From assembly GCA_963514005.1 (NCBI GenBank), contig OY740783.1, positions 24,056,001 through 24,120,000 of the forward strand: a stretch of 64,000 bases of DNA. The letters run 5' to 3'. Made by a program: the position numbers and the translations under genes. Positions within the stretch are counted from its first letter, which is position 1. Each line of letters starts with the position of its first letter. The notes below the pieces were generated by a model that saw only the letters and a list, made by a program, of their open reading frames with translations, was not told the DNA's origin and searched no databases. Below are positions 58,936 to 64,000 of this stretch, piece after piece. Source of the DNA: Raja brachyura (Eukaryota).

Positions 58936-60242
58936 ACCCACTCTATATATAATATTAGGTTGAAGACACCCTTCAGACCTCTTCTTGCCTCTGTGGAGCC
59001 ATCTGCAAGTGCACTGTGATACACTGCTGTGAACATTTTGCTATGTTCCCAGATCTAACTGCAGGCTTGCATCTCCCTGAAAAGCTATTTCTGCTTTTGG
59101 TGCGATGAATGAAGCTGTCTAATGTCTGATAGAGGACCATCCCCCCTCAGGCCCCGCTGCCTGCTCTTTTAGCCTTATTGAAGCCTTTATAGTCAGACTC
59201 AAATTGTTGGAGTAACTCAGCGGGACAGGCAGCATCTCTGGAGAAAAGGAATGGGTGACGTTTCGGGTCGAGACCCTTCGAAATGGATGGTAAATGGAGA
59301 AGCAAAAAAACAAATGATCAATCCAAAGAAAATGTAAAATGGAGAAGTAGAATCATGGCCTAAAATAAATAGATTAGTTATATGTCTAAACAAAAGATTA
59401 AGTACGAATCCTTAAATTGAGTTTCATAGGAACAAATTTGGAGGCCAGTGGAAGAAAATGCAGAGAGGGCGTGGGACAGTGAATTAGAGCTGCAGATGCT
59501 GGGATGTTCACTTGTAGCTTGAGCAAAGATGTTCTTCAAAACTATCGCTCAATCTGCATTTGTCCTTCCCCGTCTAGAGGAGATAGCATTGTGAAGAGCA
59601 TATTCAGTAAACAAAATTGTAAGAATCGTTACTTATTTCAGGTTTTGTTTGCGCTCTGCTATATTTTATCCATTCACAAATAAATTCTTAGCATGAATGT
59701 TCACATCAAGTGTCGATCTTATATTTATGAAACATGAAAGTGAATGTCAGCATCATTATTTGGTTTTATTAGTGCTACTTTTCACAAGTGCAGCAGCTGA
59801 CTTACTGCTTCTTTCACAACGTAATAAATGTATCGACCGGTTTCAAGTCATCCCTGACAGCCTTCAAGGATTCTGGTCACCACGGATTAACGTGTCAAAA
59901 GACCATTGCCAAGATGATCTTTGTGACAATATGTCTTCAATGCTCTTTTCACAAGAATAGTACCCTTCAGTCTATTAAGCCCAAACATAGAAACATAGAA
60001 ACTAGGTGCAGGAGTGGGCCATTCGGCCCTTCGAGCCAGCACCGCCATTCAATATGATCATAGCTGATCATCCAGAATCAGTACCCCGTTCCTGCTTTCT
60101 CCCCATAATCCCTTGATTCCATTCGCCCTAAGAGCTAAGAGTCAGTAAACACCCATTAACATGAATCCCAGTTTATTGCCCCCCTCCCCCACTACTCCCA
60201 TTTCCATCAACATCCCTCAGATATTCGTATTTATTGGACTTT

Positions 60243-60545
60243 GCTTTAGACTTTAGAGATACAGCGTGGAAACGGGCCCTTTAGCCAAACGGGTCCACGC
60301 CGACCAGTGATCACCCTGTACATGAGCACTATCTTACACACAGGGGATAATTTACAATTTACCGAAGCCAATTAACTTACAAACGTGTACATCTTTGGAA
60401 TGTGGAAGGAAACTGGAGCGCCCGGAGAAAGCCCACACAGTCACAGGGAGAATGTTTAAACTTTGTACAGACAGCACCCGTGGTCAGGATCAAACCAAGG
60501 TCTCTGGTGCTGTAAGGCAGTAACTCTACCGCTGTGCCTCTATGC
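60243..60545 (-). mobile_element. tRNA-derived SINE
   Basis: Reverse complement of the family consensus with a (CTAAAGT)-type tail. Confidence 0.8.
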
Positions 60546-61397
60546 CTCATTCATCTATAGAGCAAGAGCAATTGGCAATGGACATTTAGCCAATATCACC
60601 TCCGTGAGGTGAGTGTGAGGGGGGGGAGGGAGAACAAAGGAGGACCTTGCGTGGGATACCTTGTCACTTTGTCAGTGTCCTTCATGTGGCAACTCTTTGC
60701 ATACCAAAATTTTCACTGTGAATTATCATCTGTGACAATAAAGTATTCATTCATTCATTCATTCATTCATGTCTTCAGGGTTGGGGGAAAAAACAGAAGC
60801 ACAGAGAGGAAACCCACCCAGTCAGAAGGAGAATGTGCAGTATTTAGCAAGGCAGCACTGGAGATTGGGATTGAATTTGGGTTGCTGGAGCTGTGAGTTA
60901 CCATTCTGCTAGCTTCACCACTGCGTCAACTTGGCAACTTAAAACACCCACTGAAGCCAGATTGTTTTTGAGATAGCACAGAACTGCAATCTAATTACTT
61001 CATTCAATATCCTCTGTTTTGTTTTTGACCTTGTCCTGCAGAACAAGTCTCAGGTCCTTTCTGGGCTGGTTTGGAGAATTACACAGACTCTCCTTGACTT
61101 ACCTTATGTTATTGTCGGACTTTTGCAACCCCAGAGTGAGCTAAGGTCAAATACTTTTTTCTTTATTTGATAACTTAGGTGGACTTCCCACAATGTTTAC
61201 ATTTTTTTTCCATTTGACAATCATGACTGAAAATCGAAACTGCTTTGATGTTAATGATATATATTTCATTATTATTTCCCTAAATTTACATAAAAAAACA
61301 ACAAAAAGCAACAGTTTTAACGTTTTGGAAGAATCATCAAATCTTATTTTAAGTTCTTTACATTTAAAAACCCACTCGGATAGGAAAGTTTAGAATG

Positions 61398-61785
61398 ATC
61401 ATAAGATCATAAGTGTTAGGAACAGAATTAGGCTATTCGGCCCATCAAGTCTACTCCGCTAATCTATCTCTCCCTCCTAGCCCCATTTTCCTGCCTTCTC
61501 CCCATAACCCCTGACACCCGTACTAATCAAGAAGTTAACTATTTCTGGCATAAATATATCCACTGACTTGGCCTCCACACCCTTCTGTGGCAAAGAATTC
61601 CACAGATTCACCACCCTCTGATTAAAGACATTTCTCCTCATCTCACTAAAAGAACGTCCTTTAATTCTGAGGCTATTACCTCTAGTCCTACACTATCCCA
61701 CTAGTGGAAACATTCTCTCCACATCCACTCTATCTAAGCCTTTCACTATTCGGTACGTTTCAATGAGGTCCCCCCTCATTTTTCT
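61398..61785 (-). mobile_element. CR1 3' end fragment
   Basis: (GATCATAA)n tail on the plus strand; body similar to the other CR1 3' ends. Confidence 0.75.
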
Positions 61786-63217
61786 ATGGTATGGGCAAAA
61801 TGTAAGCAAATGGGACTAGATTTTACTGTAGATGGGCTAACTTGGTCGGTATGTACATTAAGCCTGTTTCCATGCCGTATGACTCTGACTGTAGCATTTA
61901 TATGACAGACATAATATTTATGAACTAGGCAACTGTTTGTTTTCAGTGGCAACTTTTGATTTTGTGTTCATTGTTCTCTCTTTTTTATTTCATTCCATGG
62001 TCCATTAAGATCTAGCACGTATGCTGTACAGCACATCAGTGGAGACTAATAACAGGATTTTTATGTGAAACTAAGTTGAAAACAATATATATTTCCAAAT
62101 AGTCACAATGTAAAGGTCCATACCTCCAAATTTCCATTTAGTTATTTTCATGAAATATATGTTTCATGTTTTTAATCTTACTTCTTAATGTAGTGTGTTA
62201 AAGTACAGCTTTAGCAAATAGTCATAACATGCCACCTCTTTCTATGATACATTAACTAAAGTATTACAGAGAAGGGTCATTAGGCAAGATTGATGAAAAA
62301 ATAAATTAAGGTATGTTCACACTAAATTAGAATGATAGCATTAGCTTTCAAGTAATTTGTCACATATAATGTTTTCTTGATGAATGGTCTCTGGCAAACT
62401 CTTGGAACAAATGTAAATGAAAGAGCTAAATAATACTTGTGCGTCAGAATCTTTGCAGTGGCACTTTGAAAGTCCACTTTGCAGTTTGTGATTACATTGA
62501 CAACAGTTTTTATTGTGCATATTCATGAGATTAGGAGACCTGTTGGGAGTTTAGATTCTCTAGAATTTGCTGGTTGTTTTGTTTCACACAATTGGCATGT
62601 CACCTTTAATCTTCAACTATTTTTTAACGGTTTGCTGGGCTTGCACACTAATTGTCCATTAAATTAACTAAAGGCTTGGCAATTAAGAGTGCAAGTAGCC
62701 TTTTGACATGGGATGATTGTTCGCTGAATGTTAATTAATCTCTCGCTACAAGAAAGGGAAAAAAAACTAATAATCGAGAATTATTTCATCGGTAGTAAAT
62801 TCCCTTTGTGAGAACTGAAATAGATAGAATGTTCCATGATATACTTTCTTATTTTTCCATTTGGTCTTTTTTGCTTTCCTTTAAATGCAATGTATCTAAT
62901 TAGATTTTATAATTAAACGTCCCTTTCTGTGCTCCTCTGTTTTGTTCTCAAAATGTAAAACTCCTTGTTTGACATAAGAACATTTTGATGGTTGGTTGTG
63001 ATTGCCTGTTTTGCTTTACAAAGAACCAGCATGGACTTGATGGAATGAATGGCCAGTTACTGTGCTGTAATGATCCGGTAACTCGAAGATGCGTAATACA
63101 GTAATCTGATTTGAAACAAGTTGAAGGTTAAAATGAAATAATGTGTATGGGACATCAATGAATGCAATGGTTTGTCAACAACACATGCTTTGCTCTGACT
63201 TAAACATTGGCCAGACA

Positions 63218-64000
63218 TTGTGACTAGTGGTGTGCCTCAGGATTCAGTGATGGGTCCATTAATGTTTATCATCGACATGAATGATTTGGATGAGAACATA
63301 CATGACAAGATTAGCAAGTTTGCACATGATACAAAAGTGGATGGTTTTGCAGATAGTGAAGATGGTGAAAAATTGCAGCAGGATCGGTTGATCAGTTGTC
63401 CAGATGGGCTGAGGGATGGTTGATGGAATTTAATACAGTGAAATGTGAGATGTTGCATTTTTGGAAGTCTAACATGAGCACGACCTACACAGTGAATTGT
63501 AGGGCAATGGGGAGTGTTGTAGAGCAGAGGGATCTAGGAGTACAGGTGCATGGTTCCTTGAAGATTCAGTTGTAGGTGGATAGGGTGGTCAAAAAGGTTT
63601 TTGGCACATTGGCCTTCGACAGACAGCGTATTGAGTACAGAAGTTGGAAGGTCATGTTGCAGTTATGTGAAACGTTTAGAGTATTGAGTTCAGTTCTGGT
63701 AACCATGTTGTAGGAAATATGTTGTCAAACTGAAAAGGGTACAGAATACATTTACAAGAATGTTGCCAGGACTAGAGGGTCTGAGCTATAGGGAGTGGGT
63801 GAGTAGGCTGGGACTCTATTCCTTGGAGTGCAGGAGGATGAGGGGTGATCTCATAGATGTGTATAAAATCATGAGAGGAATAGATAGGTTGGTTAAGAAG
63901 GTTCAATCTTTGGGCGTTAATGGCGGAGTAGCAAGATGGATTCAACAGTGGCTGAATGGGAGATGCCAGAGAGTAATGGTGGATGGCTGTTTGTCAGGTT
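63218..64000 (+). mobile_element. Decayed CR1 RT fragment, interrupted at about 63887 by a younger CR1 that runs off the window
   Basis: TSGVPQDSVMGP..ISKFAHD at 63220. 63887-64000 closely matches the reverse complement of about 10018-10130. Confidence 0.85.

Noticed and set aside
59697-59960. 87-aa ORF and a minus-strand GTAAGT donor at 59800-59805
   Set aside because: No recognisable protein similarity, and the minus-strand frames upstream of the donor contain stops.

Overview
This is eukaryotic, repeat-saturated non-coding DNA, most likely from a cartilaginous fish (skate/ray-like). That assignment is inferred from HE1/V-SINE-type tRNA SINEs with (CTAAA)n tails and CR1 LINEs with microsatellite tails. 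No host exon could be supported, and every credible coding region belongs to a transposon. These are a young, almost intact CR1 ORF2 (8983-11800, -), a decayed near-full CR1 (41674-44725, -), a DIRS1-type tyrosine-recombinase retrotransposon with gag/RT/RNase H/methyltransferase/YR and ICR-ITR (44726-49484, +), a Vingi/Ingi-like LINE (39301-41171, -), Rex1/Babar 3' ends and a Penelope-like GIY-YIG fragment (31802-32597, -). Two layers are invisible to the ORF track. (1) Many Penelope-derived short elements carry a minimal type I hammerhead ribozyme motif (CUGAAGA-A-stem II-GAAA-CG-UH). They occur as 90-140 bp TSD-flanked insertions that start at the catalytic core, as a tandem double hammerhead, and as fold-back palindromes. 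(2) Five non-autonomous Helitron loci (5' TC, 3' hairpin + CTRR, A|T insertion) carry GC-rich cargo, minisatellites and a 1.4 kb G-rich tract. There are two assembly gaps. Family names are from motif recognition, not database searches.
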